From positions 38,383,016 to 38,447,015 of the forward strand of contig JAUZTB010000048.1 in assembly GCA_034780895.1 (NCBI GenBank): a DNA stretch of 64,000 nucleotides, in the 5' to 3' direction. Positions 50,301 through 63,084 of the stretch are shown here, one piece after another. Below the pieces are notes generated by a model. The model had not been told where the DNA came from, did not search any database, and saw only the letters and a list, made by a program, of their open reading frames with translations. A program made the position numbers and the translations under genes. Source of the DNA: Rhynchobatus australiae (Eukaryota). Each line of letters starts with the position of its first letter. The first letter of the stretch is position 1.

Positions 50301-52564
50301 ACCACTCAGAACAATGCAATCCACTTGATTGTCATCCTATCAATCACCTTAAATTCATTCCTGCCACCACTGGCGCACAGTGGCTACATTTAGCATGTCC
50401 CACCTACAAAATGCACTGCAATTGTTAGCTTGCAGTTACTTTGAAAGCATCTCTACTGCCTAGAAGGGCCTAGCACACCATCACCTGCAGCTTCCCCTCC
50501 AAGTTGCATGCCAAGCTGACTTGAAAATACATCATTGTCCCTGGTATTCCTTCCACAACAGCACTGTAGGAGTATCCTAATCAGTAGGGGTGAAGTGATT
50601 CAAAAAGGCTGCTCACTACTACCTTCTCAAAGACAAATAAATGCTGGCTTTACCTGTGATGACCAGATCTTGAAAATGAATTATGTAATAGTTTAATATT
50701 ACTGTCCCCTGTTATTTTTCTTGTGAGCAGCAGAGACCAAGTAACGTAACCATTTCATTGGCTGCCTGAGAAAATAGTTCAGACTGGTACAAAGGTATCT
50801 ATGAAGATTAAGCCATTTCGTGTGTATAATAGTAGAGTGGATAGTGCAGTTAGTATTAAAATCTGAGCTTTCATTGATATCTTCTTTTCCTTGCAGGTTA
50901 TGTTCACAAGCAGAAAGCACCCCAGTGTAGTTTGGTCCTAAATTCACCAGTAAATATTTTTACACTTGAAGCTGATTAGCAAGTGGGGATATGTTATTTT
51001 ACAAAAAGGACATCTTTGTAAAGGATGGGAACATCTGTTTTAGTACTGTACTATAATAGGGCAGTACAGTGGGCCTGATACAGCAACAAGGCAATTTGTC
51101 TCCAACTCCATGCATTCTCCACTGTCATATTTAGATGACACAAATTTGATTCTGAACTCTGGCTTTGCAGTAAAGATCCAGTCTCAAGCAAAAGTGAGAA
51201 CGAGGAGCTGTGGGTTATAAACTAACCAGGGGAAGTGCTTTACTGTTTACCTGGTGCTTTATATGATCAAAATAAATGACAGGCAGAAAATTCAGCAGTG
51301 TTTACATTATAACAGCAAATTAAGACAGGGTAAGAGTTTTTAAATTAATGAACCACTTTTCAGTTTTGATGTTTGTAGTTTTATTCAATATAAAATCAGG
51401 GCAGCAGACCAGGATAAAGCATAACATTGTCACATGTAACTCTAAGATTAAGTTACTTGTGGTACCTATTTCACTCCACCTGCGTTTTTTTTTCATGCAC
51501 GATTATTTAAGTTACTAGATGTGACCACTAAGCAACCACCTCCATTCAGTGGGGAAAAGTCTGTCAGTCTGTTGTATTGATAGAGAAGATTAATAAAAGA
51601 TGAAGACCCTTAGTGGAACTGAAGCAAGGATGTAAGACTTCCGTCTTAGAGATTGGACTTTCCCTTTTTAAAATAGAGATGGTTAAGCTGGGGAAGGTTG
51701 GAGGAAGGGTAAATTTTTAAAGTGGTATTCAAAATAATGAAATTTTTTAAAGTACCTAATTAAAACTGGCAGGTAGATCGATAACCAGGAGGGACAGATT
51801 TAAATTAATTGGCAAGAGAACAATGGGAAAGGTAGGATTTTCTTTTTTTGCCACTTATTGAATTCTGGAATCCGCAGCCTGGTGCAAATAGATTCAGCAA
51901 TGACTTTTAAATGGGAGTTTGATAAATACCTAAATCATTTTGCAGGCCAGGGAAGTGAACTAATTGAATAAACTTTTCAAAAAACTGGCACAAGTGTGTT
52001 GAGCTAAATGAGGCCTTTTGTAGCCCTGTGATTGCATGATTCGATTAATGTTACTTTTCTCAATCAGTTGAAGGTAAATTGCTTACTCAGTTTTGAAATT
52101 TTCATCTGCATCTTCATCCTGAAGTGTTGAGTGGATAATTCCTCCAGAGGTCCCCACTATCGCAGAAGTCAGTGTTCAGCCAATTCGATTCGCTCCATGT
52201 GGTATGCAGTAACTGCTGAGTGCAGTGACAACTACAGGTCCCAGCAATGGCAACCTCCCGGCTGTTGTCTGGAAGGCTTGTGCTCAAATCATACTAGTAC
52301 CTTTAGCCAAGCTGTTCTGGTACTGCCGCCTACCTGACAATGCAGCAAGTTACTAGATGTGACCAACCCTCAAAAAAAAAAGCAGGGCAGATCCAAATGA
52401 TCTGATCCCCACCTATTCAGTTGACTTTCAATCATTAGCAAAGGGATGGAAAATGAAGTTGATGGTGCAGTCAAGTGGCAGTTGCTCATCAATAATCTGC
52501 CTATTCCTCTTTCCAGTTAGAGCAGGAATAACTGATTGTCCCATTGTCCATGTTTAAACCAAGG

Positions 52565-53002
52565 CTATAAAGAAATATAACAGTTATGGAGAGGGGTTGA
52601 GCAGGTTGGGACTGTTTTCAGTGGAGCATAGGAGAATGAGGGCTGATCTTTTAAAGGTGTATAAATTCATAAGGGGCATAGGTAGGGTGAATGCACACAA
52701 TCTTTTTTCCCAGGGTTGGGGAACAAAGGACTAGAGGGCATATGTTTAAGGTGAGATGGGAGAGATTTATTAGGGGCCTGAGGGGCATTTTTTTTCACCC
52801 AAATGGTGGTCAGTATATGGAATAAGCTGCCAGAGGAAGTGGTTGAGGCAGGTACATTATCAATATTTAAAAGGTATTTGGACAGGTACATGGAGAGGAA
52901 AGGTTTACAGGGATGTAGGTCAAAATGGGAATAACTTAGATGGGAATCTTGGTCAGCATGGACTAGTTGGGCTGAAGGGCCTATTTCCATGTTCTATGAC
53001 TC
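52565..53002 (+). mobile_element. CR1-type LINE 3' fragment
   Basis: SYGEGLSRLGLFSVEHRRMRADLLKVYK and TRGH.FKVR motifs; tail gggctgaagggcctatttccatgttctatgactc. Confidence 0.85.
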
Positions 53003-54739
53003 AACTCTTCCAAAGGTGAGACATGAATGACTTCACTTCAAGATGGCACATAACCAAAGGAGCTCTAATAAAATTGAAGATGGTGGGAATTAAGAGGCTG
53101 AAATCTCCCATGGCTGTAGTGATACCTAGAATGTTACCTGTTGACCATTTCCACCTCCCCTTGATGTTCAGTGGCATATCACTATAAACAGCCAACATTT
53201 TGGGTGTGAGGAGCAGGAGAAATTTAAATGATACAGCCACACGCATACTATGGCTGCTGGAACAAAGGATTAGCTTTTGTATAGTGGGTGACTCATTACC
53301 TGACTCCAAAGNNNNNCCTGATACCTTAAAGCCTTTCCACCAGCTGCAAAGCAGGTCAGGTCAGAATGCTCAAGCTCAATATATCATCGTGGACACAGCC
53401 ATATTCTTCTTGGCATCCCATCTCTTGCCCTAAACATTTGCTCGCTCCACCATCGAGTGCAGCCTGGCTCCATTGTGTGCCATTTACAAGATGCTTCAAC
53501 TCACCAACTGTCTCCCAAGTCCAAGCCTTTGGTCACTTTGAAGAACGAGAACCTGAGAGTTTCCCTCCATTTCGCAGATCATCCTGATCTGGGAATGAAT
53601 TGCTAAATAAGGGGTACCTGTTAGATAAGATGTTCCTGGATTTGGATCTGCTGTTCAAGAAGTGAAGATGGTGTGTCGTAGCCACAAGGACTGCAGAAAT
53701 TCAACACTCATTACTATCTTCTCAAGAGTAAATTGAGGATAAGTATTGAGTTCCTGGTTAGGACTGAGGTAACTGATCTGACAGAGTACTACTAATGACC
53801 AGAGGAGTGTGTGAGTGAAGGACAATGATGGAACATCGGCAAACTTCCCAGTTTGCTGGAAAAAGTTGAGTGAGTTGGGCAGTTGTACATGTGGGCTAGT
53901 AGCCTTAGAGTAGGAAACTGATTGTTGAACCAAAAGACTTGGGAAGTTCCAGCTGAATCCAGTCTAATAAAGTGGTGCTACTGAGTTAAAAGGATTGTTC
54001 ATACGGATGCTGAGATTTAACCATTAGTTAATGCTGGTATCTAATTCTTCTGAGCATTGCTTTCCCCCTCCCTATCCCATCCATTCAGAAATATTTATTA
54101 TTGGATTCCATTTAACAGTTGGTGGCTCTGTTCTTTCGACTGTACTCTCTCCGTGATCTCACTATCAGGGAATTTGAGTCTGTGTATTCACAGACTGGCT
54201 CAAGTAATTCCCATCTAGTTCCTGTATTTTACTGTCTTTAGCTACTTGAGAAAACTCTATAATTACTAGTGTATAGTTTTGCTACCAGTTTAAGATGACT
54301 GACTAAATGAAGAAGGCAAAAACTCTTGAAGAACAACCAGCCAAATTAAGGCTTTGGCAGCTGTAGTGTTATCTGGAATGGATGTTTAAAGAAGCATGTA
54401 TTTTGGGATTGAAAAAGTATTCGAAAGTCATGTTGTCAGATGTAAAGGCACAGGTTCAAGATTGGAAAGACAGATTTAGGCCTGATGTTAGAAAGCATTG
54501 CTTTACAGGATTTAAATGGGCTGTCAGAATTGTTTAACTAAAATTAAGGAAAGCCCAAAAATGTTCCATAACTGTATAAATAGTAAAGGATTAAGAGTTT
54601 GAGTTGAGAAAGGTAGCTTGTTGTGAGAGGGTCAGGTTTTGGTGAGGTTCTGATATAATAATTCACATCTTCATAGAAGGGCATGATAAATTGTAATTGA
54701 GGAAGATTGTGAAATACTGAATATGATGCAAGAGGAACT

Positions 54740-55600
54740 TTTAAATTGCTTGGGTATTCTTAAAAGTAAATAATTCAGCAGGCCAGGATAAAATACATCC
54801 CAGGTTATTGAGAGGACATGCTGAAGGTTCTGGCCATTATTTTCCATTTCCCACTAATTATTGGCATGGTGCTGGTGGACTGGAACATTGCTAATGTAGT
54901 GCCATTAATTTCTAAAGGATAAAGTGATAGACTGAGTAATTACAGGACAGTCACCCTAACCAGTCCCGTGCAAATTATTGAAAATAACTTGAGGCAGTTT
55001 AAATCATAATTTAGATGGTCAGAGATTAACTGAGTGCAGCCAGTATATGGATTTAAGGGAGGGTCATGTGTGACTAACTTGACTGACTTTGTTATGATTT
55101 CAGTGAGGGGAGTGGATTTAATATAGTCTGCAATGATTATGGTATGGCTTTTAACAAGGTCCCACAGCCAGATTGATCAGCAAAATAAAAGCCCCTGGAA
55201 TCCAAGGAGATGTGGCAAGTTGGATCCAAAATTGGCTCAGTCATGGGTATCAAAGATTAATGTTGTAGTAATGGGTGTTGTATTAAATGGAAGACTACTT
55301 TCAGTTGTGGTTCAGCAAGGCTCTGTGCTAGTGATGCAAGGCTTAAGTCATTGATTTACAGTATACACAGGAGCCAGGAATATGAAATTGGCAGATGATT
55401 TATTTGTAATGGTTTGTGTGGTTGGTGTTATGGATCAGAAAGGTGTGGACTCATGACAATGCCAATGGGTAGTCATACAGGTAGAAAAGAGGCAAATGGG
55501 CTCCAATCCAGAGAAGTGCATAGTAATACCTTTGAAGGGGGCACACAGTGCAAGGGAACACAGATAATATGGCACATGATTAAGAAGACGCATGAGATAT
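54740..55600 (+). mobile_element. Decayed CR1-type ORF2 (reverse-transcriptase N-terminal part)
   Basis: GQDKIHPRLLR, DWNIANVVP, SNYRTVTLTS, GRSCVTNL.DF and AFNKVPH remnants. Confidence 0.8.
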
Positions 55601-55619
55601 TTCTGGAGACACAAGACAT

Positions 55620-56250
55620 GGCAGGATGAACATTTGAATTCTCCAACTTCCAGTCATTGTTTCCCCCTCTGTCCCTTTTTCTATTTTCTCTCTGCTCCTG
55701 ATCCACCTGGCTCTCAACACCATGTCCCTCTCCCCTCTCCCACCCTCTCCATCTGCCCATTACCTGCACTCTCCTCCTGCCCTCCCCACCTCTCTCCCTT
55801 TATTNNNNNNNNNNNNNNNNNNNNNNNNNNNNNNNNNNNNNNNNNNNNNNNNNNNNNNNNNNNNNNNNNNNNNNNNNNNNNNNNNNNNNNNNNNNNNNNN
55901 NNNNATTACCTGCACTCTCCTCCTGCCCTCCCCACCTCTCTCCCTTTATTCCATGCTCCACCTTTCTCACCTATCAGATTCCATCATCCGCAGTCCTTTG
56001 TCACTTCCACTTGTTGCATCCGAACTTCTGACACTAAACCCACTCTCCCCTCCTCCATCTGCCTCTCACGCTCCTCACCTGGATCCACCTATCACCTGCC
56101 AGCTCTTGCTCCACCCCTTCCATCCACCTCTTTATACTGGCTCTCTCCCCTCTGTCTCTCAGTCCAGATGAAGGGTCTTGACCCGAAATGTCAACTGCCC
56201 ATTTCCCTTCACAGATGCTGCCTGACCCACTGAGTTCCTCCAGCTTTTTG
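55620..56250 (+). mobile_element. Penelope-like element 3' end with hammerhead-like motif, inserted between CR1 pieces
   Basis: ggatgaacatttgaattctccaacttccag resembles GMNIEFSNF; pyrimidine-rich UTR; motif at 56160-56197. Confidence 0.8.
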
Positions 56251-56924
56251 AGTGTTGTATATTTGTATTCATTGGTCAAGACACTGGAATACAAGACCAG
56301 GAAGATGATGCTTGAATTGTATAAAACACATTTCAGCCCACAACCAGAGCAGTGCCACATGGTTCTGGTCAGGAAGGTTGTCATCAGTGCTGGAGGTTTT
56401 GTATTTTATTGCCAGGGCTTGAGAAATTAGCTAGGCTGGGGTCATGTTCTTTCCAATGGGAGACTTCACCCAGATGCATAAAATTAGGAGAGGCTACAAA
56501 AGATCTGTTTCCCTTCGAAGAGAGGCTAATAAGTTGGAGTAGTTCTGAAGATAATCGTAAAAGGATTAGAGGGAAATTACTTCTGAGGTGGTGGAGAAGC
56601 TTTTGTGGTACTGTAACCCAGAAGGCAATGAACCAAAAGCTGGAGCATAAAATTTACCTGCACGGATGCACAGGGCCGAAAGGCTTCCTCTTTCACCACA
56701 AATTTGTGTCTCTGTAAATCTAGAAATTAAACCAATTTTACAAGATGACCAGATGCTGCATGACCTGCTGACTTCCTCCAGCAGTTTTGTGTTGCTCCAG
56801 ATTTCCAGCATCTACAGTCTCTCTTGTGCCTGTGTTTACAAAATGACCAGATGTAGCACGGGAAATGAATAGGATAGGTAAGATCTTGCAAGGTTGCAGT
56901 AAAATGTGTTGCACAGTATTTTTT

Positions 56925-57165
56925 CATTCATGTGCAGGGTGAGTTTTTTTTACATAGTGGTAGGTGCTTGGAAGACACTGCTAGGGGTGCTGGTAGAAGC
57001 AGACGCAATAGTAACATTGAAGAGGCGTCTAGACAGGCACATGAATATGAAGGCATATGGATCCTGTGCAGGCAGATGGGATTAGTTTAATTTGGCATCA
57101 TGGTCAGCACACATTGTGGACCAAAGGGCCTGTGTGCCCCTGTGCTGTACTGTTCTATATTCTAA
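56925..57165 (+). mobile_element. CR1-type LINE tail
   Basis: gtggtaggtgcttggaa...catcatggtcagcacacattgtggaccaaagggcctg...ctgtactgttctatattcta. Confidence 0.75.
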
Positions 57166-58333
57166 CCTTTCTTGTGATATAGTGAAATAACAGAATAGAC
57201 CAATAACATTCTTTGAGCTTTATTTGGATGATTTATGCTGGTTGTCTGCAGTAACTTAATACAGTAAAAAGCAAGGCTGCAATACCTTAAAGGATTAAAT
57301 GAAGCATTATTTCTAGTCCTGACCTTGTGCCTTTATGGAGCATGCTGAATAGATGCCATGTACAACGTACCACGAATGTGAGTGCAGCCTGCAAGTACTT
57401 TGTTCATTGAGCAGTTCTTGGGGAAGGTTGTGCTTCAGTAAAGAATTGATCAGGGAATTCTTGTGCTAGAGGAGGATGTGTAGGCTCACTCTGGTACTTG
57501 CATTGCAAGGGGAAGAAAGAACGTGTATTTATAAAGTAATTTTCACAGCAGCCCAGTGGTTTACAGCCAATGGAGTACGTTTGTAGTGCAGTCATGTTAC
57601 AAAGCAATGTGGTAGCCAATGTGCACAGCAGAATCCCACGTGTACCAGAGAAATAAATATCAGAGATTATCTGGTCATGAGCATCAGAAAAATTCTTGTG
57701 CTTTGAAGATGAAGACAAAAAATATTAAATGCTGAAGCTTTTTGAGAGGTTATAATGAGTCTATATCAACTAATTTGCAATGCTCCACTAATCATTTCAG
57801 ATTCTTGTTATAACCTGTCAGTTAATCGGTCAGGAGACTATCAGTATAGTTCTTTTCCAGGGCTACAAGGGTGCAAGCTTTTGTCCTTGGCATGGATAGA
57901 TCTGTAGCTATGCAGGGTGGTCATGGAATTTGAGGCAAGAGCTTTGTGCAACTTGCTGTTGAACAGTTATTCTTGGTATGTGAATGTCATATGGTGGGGT
58001 ATTTGAGTAACATTTTGCAGTATTTCATTGGAGTTCAAGGATAAAGGGAGCTAACTGCTTGATGTTTCTGGCTACGTAGTATTTCTGTAGCTGATGCCAA
58101 AGGCTATTACTACAGAACATTGGTTTAATGAACCCTGAGCCTCAACCATTTTCCTTAGAAAAACACCATCAGATAAGTCAGGCCATTGTTCAAGTAGTTG
58201 CACCATTATGGAGCAGATGTCCAGGATCATATGGCATAATATGGTCTAAATATTATTGCAGTGAATGGAGGTATGCTTTCCTAACAGCATTGTATTCCTC
58301 TTGCCATCTTTTGTTTTGTCTTTTCTGTTTCAG

Positions 58334-58387
58334 TTTATCCTGGATGCATTCTGTTGATCTCTTTAAACGTCACAGAATGGTGGCTGG
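58334..58387 (+). CDS. TBC1D20: Candidate alternative cassette exon of TBC1D20 (S-LSWMHSVDLFKRHRMVA-G)
   Basis: CTAAC branch point at 58281, AG-free pyrimidine tract, tttcag acceptor, GG|gtatgc donor; 54 nt, phase 2-2, no stop. No transcript evidence. Confidence 0.5.
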
Positions 58388-58809
58388 GTATGCAAAAGGA
58401 ACTTGAACAATTCAGCATGCTAAAATGCCTGTATAAATGGTTATTTCACAGAATAACGAATAAATGTAGCTGTAGACTTCAAAATAAAATGTATTTATTT
58501 TATGGCAGTCTGATGAAGTTTGAAAAATTTTTAGGAAGATGCACAACTAAATGTTAAAGGTTTAACTTTTTGAATTTAATTACTTTAAAGGTTATTGCTG
58601 TAATTTTAATGGGATTCTATTGGGCATTTTGAATAATGGCCCTAATCCCATTTTTGAATTTTGTAGTGTAATAGCATGCATGCATGAAGCAAGAAATTAA
58701 TTTTACAAAATGTACAGATTTAGGATCTTTTGAATTCCTCTTTTATCCCTGATTTCTCTTCTCCCCTGAAAGTCTTAACAAGTTTTCACTAATAATGTTT
58801 GTTATCCAG

Positions 58810-59050
58810 AGCCTCACCTGGGCTTTCTGGTGAGTGTTGGTTGGCTGTTTTACTTCTCATCACTGCTGTGAAATGCATTTCTAGCATAAGATACTGGACA
58901 GCAACAAAGAACGGGGGCCTGGCTTGTGTTGTTCCCAGTCCTTAGCTGGTCCACCTGAGATCAGTGAATGGAGCATCATTCGATCTCTCCTCTTCCTGAC
59001 CTGCTGCAAATTGAACTTATTGTGATAACAGGGCATCACACTGAGGGAAC
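58810..59050 (-). mobile_element. LF-SINE-like ancient repeat
   Basis: tttctagcataagatactggacagcaacaaagaacgggggcctggct...ctgagatcag resembles the reverse complement of the recalled LF-SINE core. Confidence 0.4.
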
Positions 59051-59198
59051 ATAGACATTTTTGACCAGGGGTGAATTCTAAATTAGAATTTCAAAATGTG
59101 TATTATGTTGACTTTTTTATCATCGGACTGAATAGGTTAACTTTTACACTGCATGTGATTTGTCTAATTGAGGATTTTGTGCCTGTCCACTTCCACAG

Positions 59199-59454
59199 CA
59201 CCGCTGTCTCGACCTTTAAAGACTTTGAACTGGTGTCAGCTCAGCAACATCCTGATACAGTGCTCCGGAGGCGGTTTAAAGACCAAGTGCAGCAAGCACC
59301 CAGAACGAGTACGATTGTGGCAATGACGGGGACCAGGAGGTTGATAAAACTGGCAGTGATGGGCCTGACTGTAGCACTGGGGGCAGCAGCCTATGCAGTG
59401 GTCAATAGTGCGTTGGAATGGGCACCAAAGTTTGAACTGCAACTTTTTCCATGA
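59199..59454 (+). CDS. TBC1D20: TBC1D20 last coding exon with C-terminal transmembrane anchor (TAVSTFKDFELVSAQQHPD...KLAVMGLTVALGAAAYAVVNSALEWAPKFELQLFP*)
   Basis: ttccacag acceptor; the eight exons total 1185 nt (394 aa plus stop); the C-terminus matches recalled TBC1D20. Confidence 0.96.
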
Positions 59455-61111
59455 AAGCGAAAGGCATTTTTAGCCAATTTACAAAACCCCAATCATCCAC
59501 TGGGAGAGAGGGGCATGGTTTTTTTTTGTTGTCATTGCCTTTTAGCTCTGAGTGCGTAACTGAAGACTGGAAGCGGGTTATTCCACACATTGGACTGGAT
59601 TGAACACAGAATTTTTTTTTTGACTGCCACTTCGTGCATGAGTGGCACCAAGGATAAAGCTGCAATATATTGCAGAATATCAATTTTATCACCACTTTTA
59701 TTTTTGAAACAAAATCTTGGGCTATGACTTGTTAAAAATCTACTGCCTCAAAGTGGTGCAACGTGAAGTTACCCCACTAAATTCTTATATGGCACGTTAC
59801 TAATCTTATTTATGTTATTGAGGAAAGGAGGTGGTTGTGCGGTGATGGATGTGCGATGAAGTGTGGTTATGTCCTAGCAGGAAAATTATTGTGCTATATA
59901 GAGCAGTGCGATGGCAGAATTAATTTATCTGTCTCCCCCCGCCCCCCACCCCCCCACCCCATACTAAAATGTAGAGCTTCTGAAAAGCACGTGGTAAAGT
60001 GGGGAAAGGATTGCACTGTTCTGTGCAAAAATTGATTTTTAACAGCATGCATAACCCAGGTAAGGAGAGGAGTCTTGCATCCTTAATGGTTAATGAAGCT
60101 GTTTCACATGTTACTCAACTAAATTTTGAGACATATAGTAGAATATAACTTGTTAAGCACTCTTTTATACCATACGATATCTAGAAGAGATCAGGCCCAG
60201 TGCCATCTCAGAAAATTGTTGAACTGTGCCTTGTTGTACATTCATTCCCCTGGCTTATTTAGCAAGAGCAGCATTTTGTTGAATTATGTAGAGCTGGAAG
60301 TGGTAGATTTGATTTCAGATTTCTGCAGTTTGCTGACCTCTATCAGGTTGGCATTAGGGGCCATTTGGCTGACAGATCCTGCTGTACAGTTTGCAATGGA
60401 ACAACTGAGTTTCCACCCCGCTAACTGGCCTGCCAACATTGACAGTGTGCAATCATGAATGGTCACTTTAGTTATTATCAACTTGACACTGTTCCACAGT
60501 TGGTGTCAATACCTTGAAGAGAGTGGGAGAAAATGGGTGATTGGAAATGAAATGCATGCCCTTTAATAGGATTAGATCATTGACCGAAGTTCCCAGTTCT
60601 TCACTCTACCTTCCTACGTGATTAACAGTGGTGGTGACTTAGTGCAGCAGAAGGTGCTGTGCAGTGTGTTGGGCCTTGGTTATGTGACCACACCATTACA
60701 CAAGGCGGGTGAACTTGGCATGTCTGTGAGCTTCCTGAATCCCATTCTCTCAGGGTAGTTATACTTTCTCTCTCAATTTTCTCATTTCACTACTATCCTC
60801 TAAATTGCCCTGCTTTTAGCAATCTTATCTGCACCATTGTGACGAGATACCTCAACTGTGATCTGCAGGATGTTTTTTTTTCCCCCTTGTGTTCTGGGTA
60901 GCACAATAAGTATCACAAACCAAAATAAGTATCTTGATATCACAAACCAAACAATCATTTTCAATTAGTGCAAAAACACTGTCTAATGAGCACTTCAATG
61001 CCAATTTTATCACTGTAGGATTAATTATATCATTGTAAATATGGAACATTGACTTAAGAAGTTAGTGGTACCTGTTCAACAAATGTGACACAGGCTACAA
61101 GCCAACTATTT

Positions 61112-61121
61112 AATAAATAAA
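61112..61121 (+). terminator. Candidate polyadenylation signal of TBC1D20 (two overlapping AATAAA)
   Basis: AATAAATAAA about 1.65 kb after the stop codon, with a PUM-type TGTAAATA at 61034. Confidence 0.5.
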
Positions 61122-63084
61122 TTTCAATTGATAGTTAAATTTTAACTGTAGTATATTGCAGCCTTAATATTGGTGTCAACAGGCACACTAACCTCACTAA
61201 AAGTGTTCGTAACTTGTCTTGCTAGCCCTTATAAGGCTGTATTGCTTGAGAATTTGGTATGAAAGGATTATGTTCTTGATATATTGTTAGCTTTGATGAG
61301 CAATATACAAATCTTTGATCCACTTTGTTTTTGTCATTACAAGATTTTACTAATAATTTTGTGAAACCACCCAATATGCTTAACTTATGGAATTAATGAT
61401 GGTAAAATAGCTATGACTTGTGCTATAATACAATTTTATTTTCGTTCAGTGTTTTCTTCCCACTGTTGATGTTTCTGCAGATAAAGCCACTTTGTTGGGG
61501 CTTGAATTCCGACCTTGATGTTTCCTTATCTACGTTACAGTTGCTATCTCCCATGAGGTGCTAGCCATGGCCTTTTATAGAGATGCATTCTGGATGGAAT
61601 TCATAATTGATGGAATACGGCCCTATGTTGACAAAATTTACATTTATTGCCCATCCCTATTGTCTTTGAGAATGTGGTGTGAGCTGTTTGTCATGAACTA
61701 CTGTAGTACTTGTGATTGGTGCTCCCACAGCCTGCAGCAGTTCATGACAGTGGCTCACCACCACCTTCTCAAGGACAATAAGGGTGGGCCATACATGTTA
61801 GCCTTGCCAATGGAGCCCACACTCCATGAATGAAAAATAAACTGTTCCTTCTATCCAGAATTAATCTCTGCAAAAGAGATGACGAACACCCCCAAGAAAG
61901 CAGCAACGTTACCACTGTTACTCACTTCATGCATAAGTTCCCTTTAGTGCCTGTAACTGATGGCGACCCATTATGCTGTGGTCAGGCTTATCTTCTGAAA
62001 CCCACTCTTGGCCCCTTGATTTGTTGCAGGTAGGAATGGAGATCGAAACTAAACCACTAGCTACAGATTTTAATAACACACATTTTTGTCAGTCAAATGG
62101 GGACCTGATGACCAAATGTGATATGCCTTGGATTATTATTGTGGTTGACTTGATTGCCAGAGGTGGAGCTTTTAAGATGAGGTATCAGAGAGAGGAGCCA
62201 GTGCCTCAGTTTAGGATTAATGTACAAGAACTCAGGTACTGTTTGAACAGAAGTAGAGTTGTTCTCGCTGTTGTAAGAAATATCTGGTTATTATCACAGC
62301 TGTTGGTCAGAGCTTGTTCTTGCATTTTCCACTTTACAATAGTGACTCCATTGATTGTAAAGGGCTTTGGGCATTCTAAAAGGTGCTATATAAATTTGAG
62401 TGTGTATTTTTTAATTTAATAAAGGGTTATTAACAACTAAAGCAGAATTACTTTGCATTATAAATTCTAAGAACAAAGCCATTAGCGTCCATCTTTCATT
62501 GGTCAATCTGTCACAAAAACCGGATACAAAGGTTTGTAATTTTAGCACTCTGGTACTGTTTAATACAGGACTAGGTCTAATAAAGCTTTCCTTATTAAGA
62601 TAAATTTGTGAATTGTAGTGAGATTTGTTTGTGCATTTGGACCTTTTCAATGGTCGACCATTTTCTGAAGGCTTGACTTCTGAATCCTGCAGTCCTTTAG
62701 TTCTACGTGTCTTTACATCACACTTACCCATTCAAGTGTAGACTTCATTCTGTCAGTCAAATTCATGCATTAAAATTTGGTTTGTAGGTTACTTCCCAGT
62801 TAGCTGTATTGTTTGAAATTAACTAAATTGCACCTTAGATAATTTGCCTTTTGTGCATACTAATTAGACTGATGTACATTCCACTAATTACCATCTAATC
62901 TTGTACAGTGAGTAACTAATTTGCACAACGGAGGGGTCAGTTTTAGTGTTGCAGCTCTGTAAGTTCCTACTCCAGCCTTGGCAGGGGCAACAGGAAAGTA
63001 CTACAGCTAGTCACCAGCTCCTTGGCCAAAGGAGAAGAAACATTCATAGTCTGTTCACAAGCTTGCCAGAGCCTAACATCTAGG

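Noticed and set aside
55759-55950. 46-nt exact duplication flanking a 100-N run
   Set aside because: Same assembly artefact, inside a low-complexity Penelope-like UTR.
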